Below, piece after piece: positions 35,921 to 44,700 of a DNA stretch of 64,000 nucleotides. How positions within the stretch are numbered: the stretch's first letter is position 1; every line of letters begins with the position of its first letter. This stretch comes from Candidatus Woesearchaeota archaeon. GTDB lineage: Archaea > Nanobdellota > Nanobdellia > Woesearchaeales > JACPBV01. Below the pieces are notes generated by a model. It saw nothing but the letters and a program-made list of their open reading frames with translations. It had not been told where the DNA came from and did not search any database. A program made the translations under genes and the position numbers. The stretch spans positions 41,248 through 105,247 of the forward strand of contig JACPBV010000007.1 in the NCBI GenBank assembly GCA_016180135.1. Direction: 5' to 3'.

Positions 35921-36051
35921 TATTGAAAGTTTAAATCTGTGTGAACATTAATGTCATACCATCAAGGCCACACCCTCAGGGCCATACCATTAAGTCCATA
36001 CCATTAACGCCATACCTTTAACTGATGCAACACAACCTCATAAACTAACTC

Positions 36052-36774
36052 ATGTCGCAGAATATCAAGCCTACAAGAAGCGAACTTATCCAGCTTAAGA
36101 GAAAGATAAAGCTTGCCCAGTCAGGCTATAAGCTGCTGAAGAAAAAACGGGAAGGGCTTATCTTTGAGTTCTTTAATGTCATGAAGAAGGCTAAGACTTT
36201 GAGAAGCGATCTGCTGAATGCCTATCTTCCGGCGCTTGATGCGCTGCAGACAGCACGCCTTATGGAGTCTGACCTTGCCATCGAATCTATTGCGATGGCT
36301 GTCTCTTCAGCGCCGGGAATTTCGCTCAAGACCAAAAATATCCTTGGTGTCAAGGTTCCGCAGGTTGAGGCAGGGGATATGAAGAAACAGTATCTCGAGA
36401 GGGGATTTGGCATCATGACTTCTGCTTCTGTCGATGAGGCTGCTGCGCAGTATGAGAAAGTCATTGAAGCAGCGTTGAAGGTTGCTGAGATAGAAACCAC
36501 GATGAAGAAGCTTCTCAAGGAGATTGAAAAGACCAAAAGGAGAGTGAATGCTTTAGAGTTTGTCGTCATTCCCAGGATGATGAAGCAGCAGCAGTTCATC
36601 CGGCTGCGGCTTGAGGAGATGGAGCGAGAGAATACCTTCAGGATGAAGAGGATAAAGAAGAAGGATACTGGGGATGGAGCGGAACAAGGGGAGTTTGGGA
36701 ATGCCAAAGACTGGTTTGGTGCTGCCAAAGGGATACCTCCTTTGGAGAAGGTAGAAAAGATTGATATTTATTGA
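36052..36774 (+). CDS. atpD: A-type ATP synthase subunit D (central stalk)
   Basis: MSQNIKPTRSELIQLKRKIKLAQSGYKLLKKKREGL...; coiled-coil protein of about 240 aa at the operon end. Confidence 0.9.
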   Translation: MSQNIKPTRSELIQLKRKIKLAQSGYKLLKKKREGLIFEFFNVMKKAKTLRSDLLNAYLPALDALQTARLMESDLAIESIAMAVSSAPGISLKTKNILGVKVPQVEAGDMKKQYLERGFGIMTSASVDEAAAQYEKVIEAALKVAEIETTMKKLLKEIEKTKRRVNALEFVVIPRMMKQQQFIRLRLEEMERENTFRMKRIKKKDTGDGAEQGEFGNAKDWFGAAKGIPPLEKVEKIDIY

Positions 36775-37036
36775 TAATGTTCAGGTGGGTGGTTGTGCGC
36801 TAATTCAATAAATCCGCAGGTTTGGAAATATAATCATACTTTTTAAAATGCTGAAAACAAAATTAAATAATGACCGCCAGAAAAAGTTCATCAAATATAT
36901 CCTCATCATCAAGCTTGCAGTATTTGTTTTGTCGATTGGTCTGCTGGTGTGGGCGTTCAGGAGATAATTTAGCCTATCGGAAGGTTAGCCTCATTCAAGG
37001 AATAGCTATTTTTTCCTGAACTAAAAAACTGCGTTT

Positions 37037-39892
37037 TTAACTCATCGAAAGGTTAGTATCATCCAAGGAATAAACCCAATAACCCCACCCGGCGGTAAAG
37101 TTCTGAAGCCTGTTCATCGACGCATCTCTTCCCTTGACATAGGAGAACCAATCACCCCAACGGAAGGAATAGACTCTGGTGATTGGCGCTGAAACCATCG
37201 TTTCGTTGATACCTATGCTTTTTCCTGAGGGGTAACCGATAAGATTCCATCCCCGCTGGAGCTCTATTCCCTGGGATGTGTTAAAAGGAATTCCAGCAAT
37301 CGTCGAATTCATGTCCCTGATCCCATAGGCCCACAGCGCCATTGAGGTATTCACTTCCGAGTCAGGTGAAAGGTTTAGCCAGTGACCGTCTTTAAATGTA
37401 AGGACGGGCTTAATTGGGTCCATTGAGAGCCTGCTGCCGATGCGCCTCACCGTTGCAGGATTGAACCAAGAAGGAAATGAAACGAGGCTCCAGCCTTTGC
37501 TGATGAACATTTGGCAGTCATCTCCAAGGCCATTATTATCGGAATCAGGCTGGCCAGGATTATAAACCTCCGGGCAGTTGTCTGCAAGCCTCGGGAGGAA
37601 ATCCTTATCTAAATCCTGGAATTCCGAAACATTGATGGAAAGGACTGCCGAGCCATTTCCGCCAAGAATATCTATACGCTCAGCATCTATGAAATAAGGC
37701 AGGGTTATTGCGTCTTCTGTGAAGTTTACAGAGGCAAAATCTGATTCATTGGGAACAATAACCTGGGAATCATTCTGATCAAAAAATGAGCGGGGAGGGC
37801 TGAAGACTGGCTCAAGTGCGAGAGAAAAGTTTAATGAATAAAGAGTATCGTTAAGGGAGGAGAAGACAACTGCTCGGTAGGAGGAATTTTCATCATCAAT
37901 ATTTTCTGCCCTCCCCGATGCAAGTGAGACGTTCCTGACAGAAAGATTTCCTTCTTCAAAAATAATTTCAGCCACAAAGCTCAGGTTATATTCTGGGCTG
38001 CTTTCCTCAAATATCCCGAAAAAATTTTTTAGGGAAGCATTGATATCCTTTTCCAGCTCTATCCTGTGGACCTCGCCAAATTCTGCATCGGGCCGATAGG
38101 AGTTCCTCATCAATGAATTTTTATAGGGCCTATACCAGTTGCTATAGAAGCACTCGCTGCTGCAGGTGATGCCGGCCAGGGAAGCCCATTTGGGGCAGCC
38201 TGAAATATCGCAGTTGGGAACCTTGCCCGGATTTTTTGGATTTGCTCCGGCATTTTTGTATTCATCCATCAGTCCACCGAAGGAATGCCCGAACTCATGC
38301 ACCAATGTCCTTACAACCTCGAATTTGTTATCTCCTGCATTGGCGCAATCAAAAAATATTCCTCCATCTCCACGGCAGTTTCCGGGGTCCTGCCCGTCCT
38401 GCGGCCTTGCGATGTCCAGCGGAAATTCGCACATGCCGAGGTATTCGCATCCCGCAACGATGAAAGCCTCTTTTTTTCCGATACCTGAGTATGGCTTGAT
38501 ATAAGCATGAGGCCAGAATCTCGGCTCAAATGAAAGAAAGACCAGCTGATCCCACTGAGGGCAGGCTGATTTTCCCAGTTTCCTTGCCTGCTGCTCATAC
38601 TTTTCGAGGGTAAACGCCGGCAGGGAATTTACGGCCCAAAAATTAAACTTGCCCTTATTTTCTTTAAAAGGGCTGACTGACATAAGGCCGCCAAGGGAAC
38701 CATTGTAATCAACAAAATCGGCTGCAGTCTGAAACCATGAGCTGATATTGGGAAATCCGCTTCCTACAAATACAACATCAATCTTATCCCTGCTTCTCCC
38801 GTTGATGGTGAGCCCATTGCATATCGGGCAACCTTTCTTGCAGATCCATCCGCAGTCAATGCCCTCTTCGAAGCCGTTCTGGAACCCGTCATTGCAGCTT
38901 ACTGTAGCGCAAACGCCGTTGCTGCAGAACTTCCCTTTGCAGCCTGTGTTGGATGCGCATTTCTTTCCGTCGGGGCATGGGCCGCACACTCCTCCGCAAT
39001 CAACATCACTTTCTAAGCTGTCTTTAATACCATTATCGCACGACCCAATATCTTTCCTCAGCCAGGGGTCAAAATTCACTTTCCCTTTGGCGCCCAAGGA
39101 CTCTTCATCGTCATAGATGGCCTGCTCGATATATTCCCCTGAGTTAGTTCCCCAGAAGTTGTTGATGGCGGTGACCTGCGCCTTTGCATTGTTGAAAAGC
39201 CCAAAGGTTGTGCTGGAGGTGATTGAATTCTGAGAAATTATATTTGTCCCATTATCAACATAAATCCCAACTGAATTCCCCTGGAGAAAGTTGTCAGAAA
39301 AAGTATTTCCATAGGAACCCTGGCCCAAATGGGCGCCTCTAGTGTTGTTCCAGAAGCTATTCCTGAGGAGAGTATTGAATAATGAGCCACTTTCAACAAG
39401 GATGCCTCTCGAGTTGTTTGAAATGTTGTTGTTGATAATTTTATTGCCATCACTATCAAAAAGATTAATCCCGTAGCCGACATTGTTCTTGAATTCATTA
39501 TCATTCAGTGTGTTGTTGTTAAGATACTTAAGGGTAATCCCGTCTGCACCATTATTCAGGCCCTTATTTGAAGCAAATGAGCCGTTTCTCGCACGAAAAA
39601 TATAGCCCTGCGCCGCATTATTCCTTGAGATGGTATTCCTGATAATCGGCCTATCTGCAAGAAGCCCAAGGGATGTATCACTTGTAACGGCAATTCCATT
39701 TGAATAATTCTCAACAATGCAGTTCTTAATGAGTATATCATCATCATAAGAGCTTACAATCCCATAGCCTATCCGTTTTCCAACAAGGACTGTATCATCG
39801 CAGTCCAGCACAACCCCATGCGCATCAATCTCGATGCCGCCTGAAAGCTTATATGTTCCCGGGCAGAGCGTCGTGTTTTCGATGACAACCAT
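37037..39892 (-). CDS. beta-helix / Cys-rich / M64-like metallopeptidase surface protein, C-terminal major fragment (951 aa) of a disrupted paralog
   Basis: Parallel beta-helix repeats; Cys-rich CGGVCGPC...GCKGKFCSNGVC module; HEFGHSFGGLMDEYK zinc-peptidase motif; TSP3-like DNCPEVYNPGQPDSDNNGLGDDC; conserved C-terminal KGWSL...GWNLIGYP...FTAGWGYWV; no signal peptide of its own. Confidence 0.7.
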   Translation of the reverse strand: MVVIENTTLCPGTYKLSGGIEIDAHGVVLDCDDTVLVGKRIGYGIVSSYDDDILIKNCIVENYSNGIAVTSDTSLGLLADRPIIRNTISRNNAAQGYIFRARNGSFASNKGLNNGADGITLKYLNNNTLNDNEFKNNVGYGINLFDSDGNKIINNNISNNSRGILVESGSLFNTLLRNSFWNNTRGAHLGQGSYGNTFSDNFLQGNSVGIYVDNGTNIISQNSITSSTTFGLFNNAKAQVTAINNFWGTNSGEYIEQAIYDDEESLGAKGKVNFDPWLRKDIGSCDNGIKDSLESDVDCGGVCGPCPDGKKCASNTGCKGKFCSNGVCATVSCNDGFQNGFEEGIDCGWICKKGCPICNGLTINGRSRDKIDVVFVGSGFPNISSWFQTAADFVDYNGSLGGLMSVSPFKENKGKFNFWAVNSLPAFTLEKYEQQARKLGKSACPQWDQLVFLSFEPRFWPHAYIKPYSGIGKKEAFIVAGCEYLGMCEFPLDIARPQDGQDPGNCRGDGGIFFDCANAGDNKFEVVRTLVHEFGHSFGGLMDEYKNAGANPKNPGKVPNCDISGCPKWASLAGITCSSECFYSNWYRPYKNSLMRNSYRPDAEFGEVHRIELEKDINASLKNFFGIFEESSPEYNLSFVAEIIFEEGNLSVRNVSLASGRAENIDDENSSYRAVVFSSLNDTLYSLNFSLALEPVFSPPRSFFDQNDSQVIVPNESDFASVNFTEDAITLPYFIDAERIDILGGNGSAVLSINVSEFQDLDKDFLPRLADNCPEVYNPGQPDSDNNGLGDDCQMFISKGWSLVSFPSWFNPATVRRIGSRLSMDPIKPVLTFKDGHWLNLSPDSEVNTSMALWAYGIRDMNSTIAGIPFNTSQGIELQRGWNLIGYPSGKSIGINETMVSAPITRVYSFRWGDWFSYVKGRDASMNRLQNFTAGWGYWVYSLDDTNLSMS

Positions 39893-40488
39893 GCCTTGGA
39901 GTTGGTGTAGGAGACAGAAGAATCCTGGATGTCATTGTCCCAGATGTCATTAAAGCTTGCGGTGTCGAGGGAGATGCTGTTCTGGGAGTTGTTGTCTATA
40001 AGGTTTTTTGTTACGGCATTCCCGCTGCTCTGGTCTATGAGTATTCCGCTTTCGCCGTTCCCCACAAACTCATTGCCAACAAGAGTGTTGTTTCTCAGGT
40101 ATTTCAGCAAAATCCCATTTCTGCCGTTGTTTACTGCTTTGCTGCCTGTCACCGTGCCGTTGATGGTCCAGAGCTCAAACCCATTGCCTGCATTGCCCCT
40201 GGAAATAGTATTGCTGATTGTGGGGCGATCTGAAAAGATGCCAAACACCGTGTCACTTTCCATCACAATACCGTCAGAATAGTTCTCGATAATGCAGTCC
40301 CTTATAACGACATCATCATTAAACTGGCTCTGTATGCCGTCATTCAGCCTTGTCCCCCTGAGCGTTGATCCATCGCAGTCCAGCACAACCCCATGCGCAT
40401 CAATCTCGATGCCGCCTGAAAGCTTATATGTTCCCGGGCAGAGCGTCGTGTTTTCGATGACAACCATGCTCATTGTCCCAGATGTCAT
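39769..40488 (-). CDS. beta-helix repeat fragment (239 aa), middle piece of the disrupted paralog
   Basis: N-terminus MSMVVIENTTLCPGTYKLSGGIEIDAHGVVLDCD is near-identical to the N-terminus of the 951-aa ORF; ends with the NNSQNSISLDTASFNDIWDN junction cassette; overlaps both neighbours in different frames. Confidence 0.5.
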   Translation of the reverse strand: MTSGTMSMVVIENTTLCPGTYKLSGGIEIDAHGVVLDCDGSTLRGTRLNDGIQSQFNDDVVIRDCIIENYSDGIVMESDTVFGIFSDRPTISNTISRGNAGNGFELWTINGTVTGSKAVNNGRNGILLKYLRNNTLVGNEFVGNGESGILIDQSSGNAVTKNLIDNNSQNSISLDTASFNDIWDNDIQDSSVSYTNSKAWLSSKTRRSAREHISFQAASRLMRMGLCWTAMIQSLLENG

Positions 40489-41095
40489 TAAAGCTTGCGG
40501 TGTCGAGGGAGATGCTGTTCTGGGAGTTGTTCCTTATGGCGTTCCCTGTAATGATATTACCGCCAGCAGATTGGAGATCTATACCATTGCCACGGTTATT
40601 TGCGATGGTATTGCCCCGAACTGAATTATTGCCCCTGTCTATAATCAAGATACCACCGGCATTATTAAGAACAGAATTTCGCTGTATCGTGCTGTTGAGG
40701 GCCTCAAGGTAAATTCCGGCTGAGGATTGGTTCCTGATTATTGAGTCCTGAACAATAATCTTTGATGAGGCGGTAAACCTCGCTCCGGTTGAAAAGCTTT
40801 CAATGATGCAGTTTTTGAGAGTGATGCCTGACAGGCTGTTTCCAACAATCCCATTTCCAGAACCTTTCCCGGAAATCTTAAAGTCATTGCAGTCAAGCGT
40901 CAGAAAATTCCTTCCGATAGTGAAACAGGTGGATGTTCCAAAAAGACCCGAGCCCAGAGTGTAGTTTGTGATTAAGGTATCGCCGCAGGCGCATGTTTTA
41001 ATGCCATTGCCGCAATTTGCGGCATAGGTAAAGCCTGAAGATATCACTACAACAATAATAACAGATAATATCAAGATTATTTTCGTAATATGCAT
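40424..41095 (-). CDS. signal-peptide plus beta-helix fragment (223 aa), 5' piece of the disrupted paralog
   Basis: N-terminal signal peptide/TM MHITKIILILSVIIVVVISSGFTYA; beta-helix repeats; ends in the same ISLDTASFNDIWDN cassette, then a frame change. Confidence 0.5.
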   Translation of the reverse strand: MHITKIILILSVIIVVVISSGFTYAANCGNGIKTCACGDTLITNYTLGSGLFGTSTCFTIGRNFLTLDCNDFKISGKGSGNGIVGNSLSGITLKNCIIESFSTGARFTASSKIIVQDSIIRNQSSAGIYLEALNSTIQRNSVLNNAGGILIIDRGNNSVRGNTIANNRGNGIDLQSAGGNIITGNAIRNNSQNSISLDTASFNDIWDNEHGCHRKHDALPGNI

Positions 41096-41216
41096 CCCCC
41101 GGAGCGATAAAAAGCTGTCAGTATTTAAGATTTTAGCTTTTTGGGGACTGGAGTATAACCGTAATCACATCGACGCTTTGTGATTTATCGAATCGGGCTT
41201 CTGTCAAAGCTGCATC

Positions 41217-41609
41217 TTACTTAGGGATTACATCGAATGCATAATGGGGGCAAATCGCTGTTCTGCCACCAACTCCGATTTTGATATCTAAAGTTTCCCC
41301 CTTATGAACGGTCCTTTCAATTAAAGTCCTGCCATCACCAGCCCTGACTGCGTTTTCATCGGTAGGGGCATCATGGGAAGGGACCTCGATATAATCAGTG
41401 ATTGAACATGGCCCTTCAGAGAGAACCTGAATGACGGCATATCCCTTCCCGTCAATAATCCTATTTCTTTTCATAAAACGGGCAATGGACTCCCTTGTGG
41501 GAATGAAGGGATTATCGCTTTTTTCCGGAAGGCCTTCAAGGTTTCTTTCTCTATAAACAACAATATCTCCCGGCTTCAGGTTTTTTGCAGCGTCAAAGGA
41601 TATAGGCAT
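41217..41609 (-). CDS. hypothetical protein (130 aa)
   Basis: Well-formed ORF between the two beta-helix loci; no family recognised. Confidence 0.4.
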   Translation of the reverse strand: MPISFDAAKNLKPGDIVVYRERNLEGLPEKSDNPFIPTRESIARFMKRNRIIDGKGYAVIQVLSEGPCSITDYIEVPSHDAPTDENAVRAGDGRTLIERTVHKGETLDIKIGVGGRTAICPHYAFDVIPK

Positions 41610-41717
41610 ACCCCCTCCAAAGGGCGGGAATCATCAAAACTTATCCCCCAATCTCTTGTAATTTTTTGATATTGCACATTCTCAGCACTATCAATCTCCA
41701 CTAGTGCTTATAGCGGA

Positions 41718-44700
41718 TTACTTCCCAACCATCCAGCTTGATGCATTTTCTGAAAACACCCAATACCCAAATCCCGGCGTGAAATTTTGCAGCGTATTCT
41801 GGGTGGAATTTCTCCCTTTTTGAAAAGACAGCCACCTTCCGGCTTGAAAGGAAAAAACCTTTGCGGCTGAAACATTCTCAAGCGACTCATTGACATTGCT
41901 GCTTCGGCCCGAAGGATACCCTACCAGATTCCAGCCCTTTTGGATGGAAATGTTAGCAGGTGAATCAAAGGCGGCCCCTGCGAGAGAGAAATTCCCCCCC
42001 TCAAGAGCGTTTATGAAAAATCCAGATGCCCCATCTAATGAAGAGCTGTTTGTGACTCTTATCCATCTGCCGCCAAAATATGCAATAGGCGGTTTTGCCC
42101 AGTTTATGGGAATTCCTTCCATTCCGCCGGCGATTGTAGCGTTATTTGGCTTCGACGGAAAGGAAATAAGGCTCCAGCCTTTACTCAACTGGATCTGGCA
42201 GGCATCACCTATCTCATTGCCGTCGGCATCATCCTGCCCGCTGTTTCCGGCCATTGGGCAGTTGTCGGCGATTGCCGGCAGCATATCCCCATCCATGTCG
42301 TGGTAAGCAGAAATATTGAAAGAAGTTATGAGGGCATTGCCGGCATTGGCAATCTCCACCCTTTCACCGTCGGGATAATAGGGAAGAGGGATAGCCTCTG
42401 TCGTTTCGTTTACCAAGACTGCCGCAGATTTATCAGGGGTTGAGTTCTGGGTCCCATTGGCGTCAAACCAGTCAAGCGGAGGGGCATAGGCAGCCTCAAG
42501 ATTAAAGCTAAAATTGACTGAGCTCAAAGTCCGGTTGGAAAAGGAAATGACTCTGATAATATACTGCCCGTCTTTGGCATTTGCCGGGGATGAGCTGCCA
42601 GAGGAAAGGGAAACCGCTGCGATTGAGGCATTTCCCATGCTGTAATTTGCGATGATAAGGAAGCTGAGATTATAGCTTTCCGGCTCCAATGACAAAATTC
42701 CGAAGGGGCCTTTGGCTGATGCATTAATGTCTTTTTCAAGCTCTCTCCTGTTTACTTCACCGTAAGATGATGCAAGGTCGTATTGGTTTCTCATGATAGT
42801 GTTATCATAGGCGCGATACCAGTTAGTATAACCGCAGCCCGGAAAGCATCCTGTCGAATTCAATGATGACCATTTGCTGCAATCGCTGCCATCGCAATTG
42901 GGGATCCTGAAGGGAGGAAAGGCTGTTGAACTCCCGAAGTCATATTCATCATAAAGCCCGCCAAATGAATGGCCAAACTCGTGGAGGAATGTCCTCCTGA
43001 GCTGCGCCCTGGTGTTGCCGTAGACTGAGCATTCAGGCTTTGAGCCTGAGCCCTGGCAGCGAGTTGGATCCTCCCCTTTTGAAGGGTTGGCAATATCGAG
43101 AGGAAAGCTGCACGCCCCAACATATTCGCAGCCAGCCATCAGGAAGGCATATTTCCCTCCTTCGCCTGAAAATGGCCTTGAATATGCGTGGGGGATAAAT
43201 CTAGGCTTGACTGACAAAAGAACCATCTGGTCTATCTGCGGGCAATGGGAAGCAGCTGCTGTCTTTGCCTGGGCCTCATAGGGCTGGTGTCCGCTGCCAT
43301 CATCCGAGAAATTCTCCAGCTCAGTGACAGCCCAGAAATTGAACCTGGCTTTCTTTGAGGCAAAAGGCTCTTCCGACATCAGCCCGTCCTGCACACCATC
43401 GTAGTCAATGAACTCTTCAACAGCCTGAATCCACTGATTGGCATCAGAAAATCCGCTCCCGACGAAAACGACATCAATCTTATTTTCCCCATCTCCATTA
43501 ACTTTGACTCCATGGCACGTTCCGCAGGGATTAAGGCATGCCCATCCGCAGTCAATCCCTTCCTCAGCGCCGTTCTTTTCGCTGTCGAAGCAGCTCGGGG
43601 CTGCGCATTTTCCATTTCTGGAGCAGAACCCAGTCCTGCAGTCGCTGCCTGCGTTGCATGCCTGATCCTTGCTGCATACCCTGCAGCTTCCGCCGCAATC
43701 TATATCCCCTTCCTGCTCGTCTTTGTAGCCGTTGTTGCAGGAGCCAACAGCATCCAGCAGCCAGCTGCTAAAGTTGACTTCCCCCCTTATTCCCCCTGAC
43801 TCTTCGTCGTCATAGATGGCAGCGTCAATCTCAGCCGGAGAAAGAGAATTCCACCAGTTGTGTGTTGCGTTAAGGCTTAACCCCTGCTTATTGTAAAGGT
43901 TATAGATGCTGTTGCCAAATATATTATTAGCTAACACATTAATCATACGCTCCTCAGTGTATATTCCATATCGGTTATTAGCGATAGTATTCAGTTTTAT
44001 CCAACTGTTGGGAGATTGGCCCCAAACGCTGATCCCATACGTGTTGTTGATGATAAGGTTGTTTAAGACGGTTGTATTATGGGTGCGGTCATCCAGAACA
44101 ATGCCTAACGTGTTATTGAAAACGGAATTCCCAACAAGTGTGTTATTATTGTTTACAGTTATGAATCCAATCTCTAATACATTAATTCCAATTGTGTAGT
44201 TTTTTACAATGCAGTTTGAAATTCTGCTTGCATTGTTTCTATAGCTTATAAAAACAGATATTCCGGCGCCGCTCCCATTGCCCGATAAGACTGCATTTTG
44301 GCAGTCAAGGCCAGACCCTTCGACACGTATCCCATCAGGAAGCGAATATTGTCCGGGGATTACCATGACTGAAGAATAAATACTCAACCCATTGTAAAGA
44401 TAAATTCCTTCGCAGGTTGGCCCTGTCGCATTATCACCATAGCGGTTGCCGTATCCCTCAGAGCAGTAGATATTGGAGAAGTAGTAGGGGTAATATATTC
44501 TGCTGTGGATGGTATTGTTGACAATGGTATTATTGCTTGCATACTTGACGAGGATGTCGTTGGTATTGTTAAAAAAGGTATTGCCCGTTATGGTATTGTT
44601 GGTGAGGGGCCCGAGGGTAGATCCTGAAGGCAGCAAAGTTCCATTTGAGTAATTCCCGATATTGCAGTTTGCCAGCTTCGCATGACTGGGAGAATTGAGA

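Larger units (their letters stand above)
37037..41095 (-). pseudogene. probable single ancestral SP-beta-helix-M64 gene split into three frame-shifted ORFs by duplicated 160-bp junction cassettes
   Basis: The 160-bp segment at 40371-40531 is repeated at 39797-39992 with a 37-bp insertion; the three ORFs are collinear with the intact 1537-aa paralog. Confidence 0.45.

Noticed and set aside
41718-41790. PGF-CTERM archaeosortase signal in the beta-helix proteins (PGFGYWVF near the C-terminus)
   Set aside because: No hydrophobic TM segment or basic tail follows the PGF, and the motif is followed by SENASSWMVGK. It is more likely part of a conserved C-terminal beta domain.
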